Below, piece by piece: positions 48,685 through 58,600 of a stretch of 64,000 bases of DNA (positions are counted from its first letter, which is position 1; every line of letters starts with the position of its first letter). Made by a program: the position numbers and the translations under genes. The DNA comes from Candidatus Poribacteria bacterium. GTDB lineage: Bacteria > Poribacteria > WGA-4E > PCPOR2b. The notes under the pieces were generated by a model that made no database searches, had not been told where the DNA came from, and was given only the letters and a program-made list of their open reading frames with translations. The stretch covers positions 5,066,449 to 5,130,448 of the forward strand of contig OZ242315.1 in the NCBI GenBank assembly GCA_965207975.1, read 5' to 3'.

Positions 48685-49572
48685 TTAAACTCCCCACCGC
48701 TTCCGCATCTCCTCCATCGGCACCGTTTCGCCCTTCGTCCACGCATAATGCGCGATTGGATCATCTCCAATCCAACGTTCATCCACAGGTTCGTCGGCAC
48801 GTTGATAGCGCGTGTCGGTGCTAAGACGAAATCGGTGGGTTGTGTTGTCCAACGACCCGTGCATGGTGAACATACTGAAGATAAGCACATCTCCCATCTC
48901 AAACGTACTCGTACCCCACCGCCCACCGTAGCGATCCGCCAATTCGATTGGATCATACGAGAACGAACCGGTCACATGGTCCCGATCAACGTCCATCTTG
49001 CCGTAAGTCTCCTTGAGTACCTCAAAACGGTGGGAGCCAACCAGAATCACCAACGGGCCCATGTCGAGCGGTACATCGCCGAGCGGCGTCCAACAGGTAA
49101 CGAGTTGTTGCGTACCACGTCCCATGTAGACGATATCATAGTGTGCGCCGGTAAAGCCGCCCGGCCCGACCACACGCAACCATTTATAATCGTAGGTGAT
49201 GACCGGCGCATCGTAGAAGCTTTCACAAAAGTCCATGATCTCCGGCGATTCGACCAGATTCAGAAATGGGGGCTCATGGGTCACAGCTTTGTTCCCACCC
49301 ATAAACATGCCGCGCTTTCCTTCTGCCGAAATCCCTTCTAAAAGCGGATACGAGCGATCGAGTTGCTCATTTTCGTCCAATTTTTCGAGGAGGAATCGAC
49401 GGGTTGCTTTGACCTTGTCCGGATCGTGCAAGCCGCGAATCAGCAAATAACCGTCCTCCTTAAGCCGGTCTTGAAGTGCCTCGCGGTCGCCGAGTAGATC
49501 GTTCGCTTCACGCAGCCAACCGAGGTACTTTCCACCTAATTCCATCTCTATTTGATTCATCGTTAGAATCAT
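48685..49572 (-). CDS. Phytanoyl-CoA dioxygenase (PhyH)-family Fe(II)/2-oxoglutarate oxygenase
   Basis: ...HYDIVYMGRG...FTMHGSLDNTTHRFRLSTDTRY... is the PhyH-type HxD...H facial triad region. ATG 49572 has a GGAGG RBS located inside the upstream sulfatase's 3' end. The track ORF (to 49656) would overlap the sulfatase. Confidence 0.7.
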   Translation of the reverse strand: MILTMNQIEMELGGKYLGWLREANDLLGDREALQDRLKEDGYLLIRGLHDPDKVKATRRFLLEKLDENEQLDRSYPLLEGISAEGKRGMFMGGNKAVTHEPPFLNLVESPEIMDFCESFYDAPVITYDYKWLRVVGPGGFTGAHYDIVYMGRGTQQLVTCWTPLGDVPLDMGPLVILVGSHRFEVLKETYGKMDVDRDHVTGSFSYDPIELADRYGGRWGTSTFEMGDVLIFSMFTMHGSLDNTTHRFRLSTDTRYQRADEPVDERWIGDDPIAHYAWTKGETVPMEEMRKRWGV

Positions 49573-49573
49573 C

Positions 49574-51181
49574 TTAAGCCTCCGTTTTTCTCCCTTCCAA
49601 AATCTCGCTCCAAGGTTCAACAAAGCAGCGATCTGCCCACGCCTGATACAACTCACTCAGCTCCTCAACCTGTTCTGGAAACTGCGCCGACAGATCGTTG
49701 CACTCGGTGCGATCTATTTCGATGTCGTAAAGTTCCCAATCCCCTGGATACTTGCAAACCAGTTTCCATTTCCCTTTCCGCACCGCTGCATTGCCCTCAT
49801 GCTCCCAAATGAGCACTTCCTTGTCATTCTCTTCTCCGTCAAAGATGGGCGTGAGGCTAGTCCCCTCTAAGGGATAGATTGGGGTCCCGTTGTGTTCGTC
49901 GGGGTAGGTCGCCCCAGAGATTTCAAGGCAGGTCGCCATGATGTCGGGGAGTTGCCCCGGTTGATGGCGCAGCGCACCCGCTGTCTGAATCTGCTGGGGC
50001 CAATGTGCGATGAGCGGTGTCGCAATACCCCCCTCATGTACCCAATGCTTGTACTCGCGGAACGGAGTGTTGGACAGGTTCGCCCACGGAACACCGTAAC
50101 TCTGATATGTGGTTTCCGGTCCCGGCATCATGCTCGGATCGTTGCCCCGATACACAGGTTGCCCATCGTGCGTCGTTTCGGTCTCGATTAAGCCGTCCTT
50201 CCCCACGCGATTCGCAGGGCCCTGAAGCTCTTCCGCGCACCCACCGTTATCGGCTAAGAAAAGGATCAGCGTGTTATCCAATTGACCCGTCTCCTCCAAC
50301 GCCGTCACGATCTGACCAATCCCCTGATCCATCCGATCAATCTGAGCGGCGTAGACCTCCATGCGCCGTTGATTCCACGCTTTGTGCCCCGTTTCCTCCC
50401 ACGGCGGCTGCGTCGGGTCCCGATCTGTCAACGCCCAGCCCTCATCAAGGATACCCATCTCCCGCAGCCGCTGTAGTCGTTCTTCACGGAGTCGATCCCA
50501 CCCCGCCGTAAAACGTCCCTCATAACGTGCGATGTCTGCGTCGTGAGCGTGGAGAGGCCAATGGGGCGAGGTGTAGGCAACATAGGTGAAGAACGGCTGA
50601 TCAGAAGTCCCCTCCGCATGGTCTCGGATAAACGCAGACGCTTCATCACTGATCGCGTCGGTCAAGAAAAAGCCTTCGGGCAATTCGTCGTGTGGGATAT
50701 GCTCGTTATCGCGGGTCAGTGTGTTCGGCTTCCAGTAGTTCGCCGCTCCTGTGATAATGCCGAAATAGCGATCAAAACCGCGCTGCAGGGGCCAACTGTG
50801 TTTCGGTCCGTCCGGATCGGTATGTCGAGAGATATGCCACTTGCCACTCATGTAGGTCCGATACCCCGCAGGTCTGAGGGCTTCAGCGATAGTGACACAG
50901 CGGTCATTCAAATCCCCACGATACCCCTCCAAACCATCGTCTGACATCATGTGGCCAACCCCAGTCTGATGCGGGTGGAGCCCCGTCAGCATCGAAGCCC
51001 GCGAAGGACAGCAACGGGCGGTGTTATAGAACTGCGTGAATCGCAATCCACCGCTAGCCAGCCGATCCAGATTCGGACTGTGGATCTCCCCGCCGTAACA
51101 ACCGAGATCCGAATAGCCCATGTCATCGTTCAAAATTAGAAGTATATTCGGTTTTTTGTTTTCGCTCATATCTTTCCCCAT
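49574..51181 (-). CDS. Arylsulfatase (formylglycine-dependent sulfatase family)
   Basis: 535 aa. Sulfatase signature ...TARCCPSRASMLTGLHPHQTGV... (C-x-P-x-R) and N-terminal metal-binding LNDDMGYSD. Confidence 0.85.
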   Translation of the reverse strand: MGKDMSENKKPNILLILNDDMGYSDLGCYGGEIHSPNLDRLASGGLRFTQFYNTARCCPSRASMLTGLHPHQTGVGHMMSDDGLEGYRGDLNDRCVTIAEALRPAGYRTYMSGKWHISRHTDPDGPKHSWPLQRGFDRYFGIITGAANYWKPNTLTRDNEHIPHDELPEGFFLTDAISDEASAFIRDHAEGTSDQPFFTYVAYTSPHWPLHAHDADIARYEGRFTAGWDRLREERLQRLREMGILDEGWALTDRDPTQPPWEETGHKAWNQRRMEVYAAQIDRMDQGIGQIVTALEETGQLDNTLILFLADNGGCAEELQGPANRVGKDGLIETETTHDGQPVYRGNDPSMMPGPETTYQSYGVPWANLSNTPFREYKHWVHEGGIATPLIAHWPQQIQTAGALRHQPGQLPDIMATCLEISGATYPDEHNGTPIYPLEGTSLTPIFDGEENDKEVLIWEHEGNAAVRKGKWKLVCKYPGDWELYDIEIDRTECNDLSAQFPEQVEELSELYQAWADRCFVEPWSEILEGRKTEA

Positions 51182-51649
51182 TAGTATGCCTAAAAGCCTT
51201 GAAGCATATCATAAATTATATTTTTAACCTGAACCATCACCCATTAAAAATTCATCAATCTTCCCGTAGGGGCGGGGTCTCTCCGCCCGCCAAGCCCTCT
51301 ACCCTCACCCGCTCCCCATCTCTGCGGCAAATTAACTCTGGTTTTCCCGTCTTCTCGTTTTCCCGTTTTCACCCAACTTAATCCGCGTAATCCTTTAATC
51401 CTCTTAATCCGCGATTCAGACAAAATATTTCACGCTTAGTGTATCAAAGATTCACACGCGGATCAAGCGAATTATTAGAAGTGAGGTGTCGGGATTCGGA
51501 GATCCCTCCTACAGGAGAATTGAACGCCCCTAATCAAGGCGCAATGGTCTTGACGCAAACCTGACCTTATGGTAAACTCGGTATCTGAATCGCAGCAGCA
51601 TCACCAACCTAAGTAAAAAAACAATATCCTATAACGCCCAAAAAAACCG

Positions 51650-52885
51650 ATGCTTACACTCGACCTGCTCCGCTATCGAATTCAAGAAGACGAGGTTTGC
51701 CCCCGCTATGTGAACCCGCAAAGCAGAAAGTACCGTGCAATCGCAAAGGATCTGATCGAGATTTACACCGCACATCTCAACAAGACCAAAGGGGCACTCG
51801 CTTCAGCACTAGCAGATTATGAAGCGGCTGACACCAACTACCAGATTATGCGGGGACTTGCCAAACTGCTCGAAGATCGCTCGGAATTTACGGTTCAATC
51901 CCCAATTGAGCCGGAGGTGCTTCGAGAACAAATCTTCGCCTACGCGAGTAAACACCATCCAGTTGTAACCAAAGGAGATAGACGGCACCGGCATACATCT
52001 CCAAAAGCACTCACGAAAATCGCCGATGAACTTAACATCTCGGCAGACACAGTGATGGACGGTATGTATGCGGACCTAGAGGAGAACCGCCTGCTGACAG
52101 GGTTCGATTCGCCGACCGCCGAGTGGTTACTAGACCGGTATAACGTCGCACTCGCCCAAGCGATGCTCTACCGCGCCAGCGAAATGACAATCCGCATCTA
52201 TCGCAATATCCCAACAAAATACAAGTTAGTATTCCAGTTCATCAAGTTTTTTAAGCTGATGCACGTCGTCTCTGGGAACAATGCCGATGGCTATCAAATC
52301 GTTCTCGACGGTCCCGCCTCCATGTTCCGCCTGTCGCAGAAGTACGGTATCCAGATGGCACTGTTTCTACCCGCGCTGTTACACTGCGATCGATGGTGGC
52401 TGGACGCAACAATTGTCATGAACAAAAACGAGCATCTCCGATTTAACCTCACCGACGAATTTGGATTACAATCCCACTATCGCGACCCCGGCGAGTTTGA
52501 CAGCGAACTGGAGCGACATTTCGCAACACAATTTGAGGCAATCGATACAGAGTGGCACCTTGAGCGCGAGACGGACATCATCAATCTCAAAGACACCGTG
52601 ATGATTCCAGACTTCGCCTTCTCACACCCCGACGGACGACGAGCGTTGATGGAAATCGTCGGTTTCTGGACACCGGATTACCTCCAGAAAAAACTGTGGA
52701 AACTCAAACGCGCTGCTATGCCGAACATGATCAGTGCTGTGTCAGATCAGCTAAACTGTTCGACCGAAGATTTCCGAGACATCCCCGGCGAAGTGCTCTT
52801 TTTCAAAACGCGGATTAAACCCAAAGACGTGCTGGAAAAGGTCGAAGCCTGTGCGATTCCTGAGAAGAATCCAGTACACCCGTAG
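51650..52885 (+). CDS. DUF790-family (Bax1-like) nuclease, apparently without adjacent XPB-type helicase
   Basis: 411 aa. N-terminus MLTLDLLRYRIQEDEVCPRYVNPQS fits the DUF790/Bax1 N-terminal pattern (LL..R..GD.I.PRY). Family assignment is from memory of that pattern. Confidence 0.45.
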   Translation: MLTLDLLRYRIQEDEVCPRYVNPQSRKYRAIAKDLIEIYTAHLNKTKGALASALADYEAADTNYQIMRGLAKLLEDRSEFTVQSPIEPEVLREQIFAYASKHHPVVTKGDRRHRHTSPKALTKIADELNISADTVMDGMYADLEENRLLTGFDSPTAEWLLDRYNVALAQAMLYRASEMTIRIYRNIPTKYKLVFQFIKFFKLMHVVSGNNADGYQIVLDGPASMFRLSQKYGIQMALFLPALLHCDRWWLDATIVMNKNEHLRFNLTDEFGLQSHYRDPGEFDSELERHFATQFEAIDTEWHLERETDIINLKDTVMIPDFAFSHPDGRRALMEIVGFWTPDYLQKKLWKLKRAAMPNMISAVSDQLNCSTEDFRDIPGEVLFFKTRIKPKDVLEKVEACAIPEKNPVHP

Positions 52886-53152
52886 GTTGAATACCCCCGC
52901 TCACACGATTCTCTCGCATTTACCCCACCCATAGCCCCATCTGCTTTGAATCTCGCGATAAATCTCAATAAAATTGGAATCGAAATGGAACTAATCTTTT
53001 CGGGGTGGGGTGATATGTATCGAATATCAGAAATCTAACGCCAAATAAAAGGCTCTCAGTTTCTGATGGAGGGAGTACTGCCTTGCCTCTTCTAACCCAC
53101 CGAAGCACCTCTGTTTCTCACACATATTTCCAACCCCAGAGAGGATCGATTC

Positions 53153-55003
53153 GTGACAAAACGACCTTTTCGTTTCATCTTATTTTCTTTGATTTGTCTT
53201 TCAATGCCGTTGACAGCAACCGCGCAAGTCGTATTCATCCCTGACTCCAACCTCCGCGCTGCCATTGAGGATCATCTCGGCAAAGCACCCGGTGCCACCA
53301 TCACTGTGGCGGACATGGCACGGTTGACCAGTCTTGTCGCCCCTACTCGGAACATCACCTATTTGACAGGGCTTGAAGCTGCAACCAACCTGATATCATT
53401 GCGGCTTGGGAATAATTATATATCCGACATCTCACCCCTAGCAGGATTAACTAACTTGACACGACTGGAGCTTAACAACAACCTCATATCGGACCTCTGG
53501 CCCCTCGTCGCAAATAGGGGATTGGGAGGCGGCGACACAGTTGATGTGAAGGGAAATCCGCTCAGCGTCCTATCCTTCAACAACTACATTCCCACCCTCC
53601 AAAGCAGAGGAATTGTCATTGAGTTTGACGAAATCGCACCACCACCGCAAACGGTGAACATACCCGACCCCAATCTCCGCAACGCCATCACGCAGGTGCT
53701 CGGCAAAGCATTCAGTGCCCCTATTACTGTGGAGAACATGCAAAGTTTGGAGGTGCTTTACGCCGGTAATGCGAACATCCGCAATTTAACAGGGCTTGAA
53801 ACCGCTGCTAACCTAAGGGAACTGGGGCTTGAAGCTAACTCCATATCCGACCTATCACCCATATCCGGATTAACCAATCTGACATTCTTACATCTTCGGA
53901 ACAACGCCATATCCAACATCTCACACCTTGCGAAATTAACCCAACTTACATTCCTACATATTGGACTGAACCGTATATCCAACATCTCACACCTGGCCGG
54001 ATTAACTCAACTGACAGGACTAGGGGCCGGAGATAATGAGATAACAGACATTTCACCCCTAGCGAGATTACCGAACCTAGCAAGGATTGGACTCCACTAT
54101 AACGCCATATCCAACATCTCACACCTGGCCGGATTAACTCAACTGAGGGAACTACATCTTCACAACAACACCATATCCGACATCACACCGCTATCAGGAT
54201 TAACTCAACTGACAGTACTATATCTTCAGGAAAACTCAATATCTGATCTCTCACCCCTTGTCATAAATACAGGACTGGGGAATGGGGACTACGTGGATGT
54301 GAGGGAAAATCCCCTCAACGCCCTATCCACCAACACTCACATTCCTGCCCTCCAAAGTAGAGGGGTTAACGTTGAGTTTGACGACATCGTCGTGCGGTCG
54401 GTGGATGTCAACCGCGATGGTGTCGTAAATATTTTTGATTTGGTCTCAGTTGCGTCCCAGTTTGGAAAGCAAGGGCAAAATCTGGCGGCAGATACGAACG
54501 GAGATGGTGTTGTCAATATTTTCGATTTGGTTGTGATTACAAGCGCGTTTGGAGATGCAGCAGCTGCACCTTCAGCACAGCCACAAGGGACACTCACGAC
54601 GGCAGAGGTTCGGGGTTGGCTGACCGATGCAAGGACGCTTACGGTTAAGGATCCCATCATGGAACGAGGGATTATGACCCTTGAACAACTCTTGAGATCC
54701 CTGACACCAACAGAGACTAAGTTGTTGCCGAATTATCCGAATCCGTTTAACCCCGAAACGTGGATTCCGTATCGACTGGCGGAGGCCGCTTTCGTCACCC
54801 TGACCATCTATGACGGAGTAGGTCAGATTGTCCGCACCTTCGACGTGGGGTATCAGACTGCAGCAGCCTACGAAAGTCGGTCAAACGCAATCTACTGGGA
54901 TGGCAGAAACAAAATCGGTGAGCCGGTTGCAAGCGGTGTGTACCTTTACACCCTGACAGCAGGCGATTTTTCCGCCACACGAAAAATGGTGATTGTCAAA
55001 TAG
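53153..55003 (+). CDS. Secreted leucine-rich-repeat (internalin-like LRR) protein with dockerin-like pair, helical linker and T9SS-type CTD
   Basis: 616 aa. Signal peptide. Two blocks of 22-aa LRRs (…LTNLTRLELNNNLISDLWPL…). VDVNRDGVVNIFDLVSVASQFG / DTNGDGVVNIFDLVVITSAFG. C-terminal ...LPNYPNPFNPETWIPYRLAEAAFVTLTIYD...ATRKMVIVK. Confidence 0.85.
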   Translation: MTKRPFRFILFSLICLSMPLTATAQVVFIPDSNLRAAIEDHLGKAPGATITVADMARLTSLVAPTRNITYLTGLEAATNLISLRLGNNYISDISPLAGLTNLTRLELNNNLISDLWPLVANRGLGGGDTVDVKGNPLSVLSFNNYIPTLQSRGIVIEFDEIAPPPQTVNIPDPNLRNAITQVLGKAFSAPITVENMQSLEVLYAGNANIRNLTGLETAANLRELGLEANSISDLSPISGLTNLTFLHLRNNAISNISHLAKLTQLTFLHIGLNRISNISHLAGLTQLTGLGAGDNEITDISPLARLPNLARIGLHYNAISNISHLAGLTQLRELHLHNNTISDITPLSGLTQLTVLYLQENSISDLSPLVINTGLGNGDYVDVRENPLNALSTNTHIPALQSRGVNVEFDDIVVRSVDVNRDGVVNIFDLVSVASQFGKQGQNLAADTNGDGVVNIFDLVVITSAFGDAAAAPSAQPQGTLTTAEVRGWLTDARTLTVKDPIMERGIMTLEQLLRSLTPTETKLLPNYPNPFNPETWIPYRLAEAAFVTLTIYDGVGQIVRTFDVGYQTAAAYESRSNAIYWDGRNKIGEPVASGVYLYTLTAGDFSATRKMVIVK

Positions 55004-55020
55004 CGGTACGTCCACTCCAC

Positions 55021-55049
55021 CCGTAGGCGGGGCATCTTGCCCCGCCTAT
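55021..55049. repeat. GTAGG-headed REP-like palindrome (ccgtaggcggggcatcttgccccgcctat) 18 nt after LRR gene stop
   Basis: Inverted repeat seen directly. Family member. Confidence 0.6.
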
Positions 55050-55698
55050 ATTTCTAGAGGGGCAATCTGTACGTCTTTCGCTCCAGAAGAGCGTAATGTC
55101 TATAGAATCACGATACCCACAATCTCCGCGCTCCAGTTGCTTTGAATCCCGCTTGTCCCGATTCATCGGGGAGGAGCGCAATGTGGATAGCACTGGACTA
55201 GTGAACTAGCACAGTTCCGCCGGTGGGACAGATAACAGCTTCAACCATCATACCAATCTCGCCATAAATTTTCCTCCACCAATCAAACTTCTATTTCACA
55301 GCACTTCAAAATTTATAGGAGTTACGCACTTCAGTAGGGAACGCAGATCTGCGTTCCCTACGAACTCCTTGAGGGCGTCTCTGCTGGAGTTGCCCAATTT
55401 GTCGGGTATTGGCAACGGTGTCCTGTAACGATAAATCGCCGAACTGCAAGTCGAAGACTCCCGGAACGGAGGCGTTGAGCGTTCAACTGCATAAGCCCTA
55501 ATTTATCAAACTCAACCGGAAAAAGCGAAAAAAGTGTTGACTGCTATTGAAGTTTCTAGTATTTTGATTGTCACTGGATTTCGTATCGGTTGGCAGATCA
55601 GGCTTTCGTCACCCTGACCATCTATTAGGACTTACACAGCTGAATGCCCCAACGCCTCTCACACCTCTGACCGCCAAGGAGATAAATCCATACAAAGT

Positions 55699-58600
55699 AT
55701 GAAAAAACTCCGATTTTGGGCTTTTACGCTCCTGCTGATTTTCCTGCTATTCCTACCCATGAGAGTAACGACCGCCCAACTCATAGCAACCCTTGAAGGG
55801 CATACGGATAATGTCTGGAGCGTAGCATTCAGTCCGGATGGCAAAACCCTTGCCAGTGGGAGTCGGGACCAAACCGTCCGCCTGTGGGATGTAGAGACAG
55901 AACAACTCTTGCACATCCTCACCGGACATACAAATGAGGTACTGAACGTTGCGTTTAGTCTTGATGGCAAAACCCTTGTTAGCAGCGACTGGGATGGAAC
56001 CATTCGATTATGGAATCCAAGCACAGGAAAACTTAAAAAAACGCTTACTGACCATAGGGGCGGAGTTGGATCGGTCGTGTTCAGTCCTGATGGGAAGATG
56101 CTTGCCAGTGGGAGTGCGGACCAGACGGTTCGGTTATGGAATACGACCACATGGCAGGTCGAAAGAACGCTTATGGGTCATACGCTAGTCGTTGATGTCG
56201 TCGCGTTTTCCCCGGATGGCGCAATGCTTGCCAGTGGCAGTCGGGACCAAACCATTCGCCTATGGAATCCAAATACCGGAAAACATATAAGAACCCTCAC
56301 CGGACACACGAGTGATGTCCTGCGTATGACGTTCAGTCCCGATGGTGGAACACTTGCGAGTGGTAGTCTGGACAGCACTATCCGCTTATGGAATCCAAAC
56401 ACCGGAAAACTCAACAGAACACTCACCAATCAGGGAGGTTGGGTGAATCCGGTGGCGTTCAGTCTTGATGGGGGGACGCTTGCCATTGGCGGTCAAGGGA
56501 TTAGGTTGTGGGATACAGCCACAGAGAAATACAAAAGACCTCTCATTGATGATATAGGAAATGCCGTATCTATTGTATTCAGTCCTGACGGGCAAACCGT
56601 TGCCAGTGGCAGTGCAGACAATTTAGTTCGTCTGTTGAAATCCACGCCCCCTGAAGTGCCTTTTGCCACCATTCCGTTTGATATTACTAACATTCCCGAA
56701 CCCGTGCCACCCCCAAAAGAAGTCCGTGACTTTTTTGATCTAGATCCATTTTATCAGCAGTGGATAAATGTCGAAGGCTTTCCTGTCTTAGCATCGGAGA
56801 AGGTGAGTCCCTACGCCCTAAAGGAAGCTGCGTGGCAAATCTATCATATAAGCAGGCATCGCCCGGAGCTGCTGCAAATCATGACGCAAAGACGGATTCG
56901 TTTTTCCATAATCGCCTATAATGAAGTGCCAAGCGACATTCCCGAGATCGGTGCACGGCCTGCTCCCCATTTTTTTGTTAATGTCCGTAATCGCGCTGGG
57001 AATTATACCCTCGCTCGCACAGTGCTTGACAATGAGGTATCCCTGCTTTCCCGTCCCATATCCTCTGGTCTGATTCACGAAATGACTCACGCATTCCACG
57101 AAGTGTTGAATACGATTGACACTGAATTTAACAACCGACTCAAGGCGACGTATGACGCGGCACTAGAAAAAGGATTGTGGCGCGATTACTATGCTGCGAC
57201 ACATTGGGGTGAGTGTTTTGCTGAAGGGGCAATGTCTTGGTTTAACGCAACTCAATTCAACGCTGTCAACACGCGGGAAGAGTTGAAAATGTATGACCCA
57301 GGGCTCGCTATATTGCTCACCGAAGTTTTTGGTGATAGTGATTGGCGATACACTCTGCCCGAAACGCGGACACATCTGCCCCACCTTCAGGGATTTAATC
57401 CGCAGTTGGCACCACAGCAGACTGAATTCCCGCCGGGGCTGCTGGAGGCTTATAACGAATTGCTTGACCCGGCGATCGTTGAAACTAGTGAGTGGGTCAA
57501 TTTACCGCCGTATCATCCTTCTCTGATCCCGATGTTAAACGAATCAACAACTGGCGATAGCTCCTATATTCTTTTCGTAAACCTCAGTGGTGCTGCGGTT
57601 TTAGTATATTGGGTGCGTCCTGATGGCACAGAGATTTATACTTATCGTTCTTCTGCCGATCCCAATCAGATGTTTGAATTCAACATTGGGGTTGGTCGTC
57701 TCTTGCTAGTCAAAGACCTTGATGGCAGAAACCTCGCTGTGTTTCAAGCCGTGGAAAAAGTAGGCAGAGCTCGTGTTGCCCCGACACTTCATTTGATAAC
57801 ACCCGGACTTTCAAAAATTTCAGGCGATAATCAGAGTAGTGTGCCCGGTGCGGTTCTAGCGAACCCATTTGTTATTGAAGTACGGGATGAGAATGGTTCA
57901 GTGCTTGAAGGGATTTCGGTCACGTTTACCGTTACCACAGGCAATGGAACGCTCAGTGTCCTCCACACCACAACCGATGAAAATGGTCGAGCAAAGAGTA
58001 CACTCACAATAGGAACAAATCTAGGAACAAACACTGTTTCTGTGTCCGCCACTGGAATTGGGGAAACGGTTGCCTTTAATGTCGTAGCGGATGCTGCGGT
58101 AGACATCCCCGACGCCAACCTCCGCGCTACGATTGAGACCGCACGCGGCAAAGCACCGGGGGAGTCCATCACCGGGGCGGATATGGCAATGTTGCCGAAG
58201 TTGGATGCGCGCAATACAGGCATCAGCGATTTGACCGGGCTGGAACACGCAACCAACCTGACAGAGTTATTAATTGGTGCTGAGGTTGTAGATAACAGTT
58301 GGATTAACAGCAATTGGGTTTCAGACCTCTCACCCCTTGTAGACTTAACTAACCTAACACGACTGGGGCTTAGAGAAAACACCATATCGGATATTTCGGC
58401 TCTTGGAGGCTTAACCAACCTGACATGGCTGGATCTTTGGGAAAACAACATTAAGGACATCTCAGCGTTGCAGGGTTTGACCAATCTAACAGAGCTGCGG
58501 CTTGGAGGGAACAAGATTACGGACATCTCCCCGGTGGCAGGTTTTATCAACCTAGAAACGCTGCTTCTTAGGGACAATAACATATCGGATATCTCGGCTA

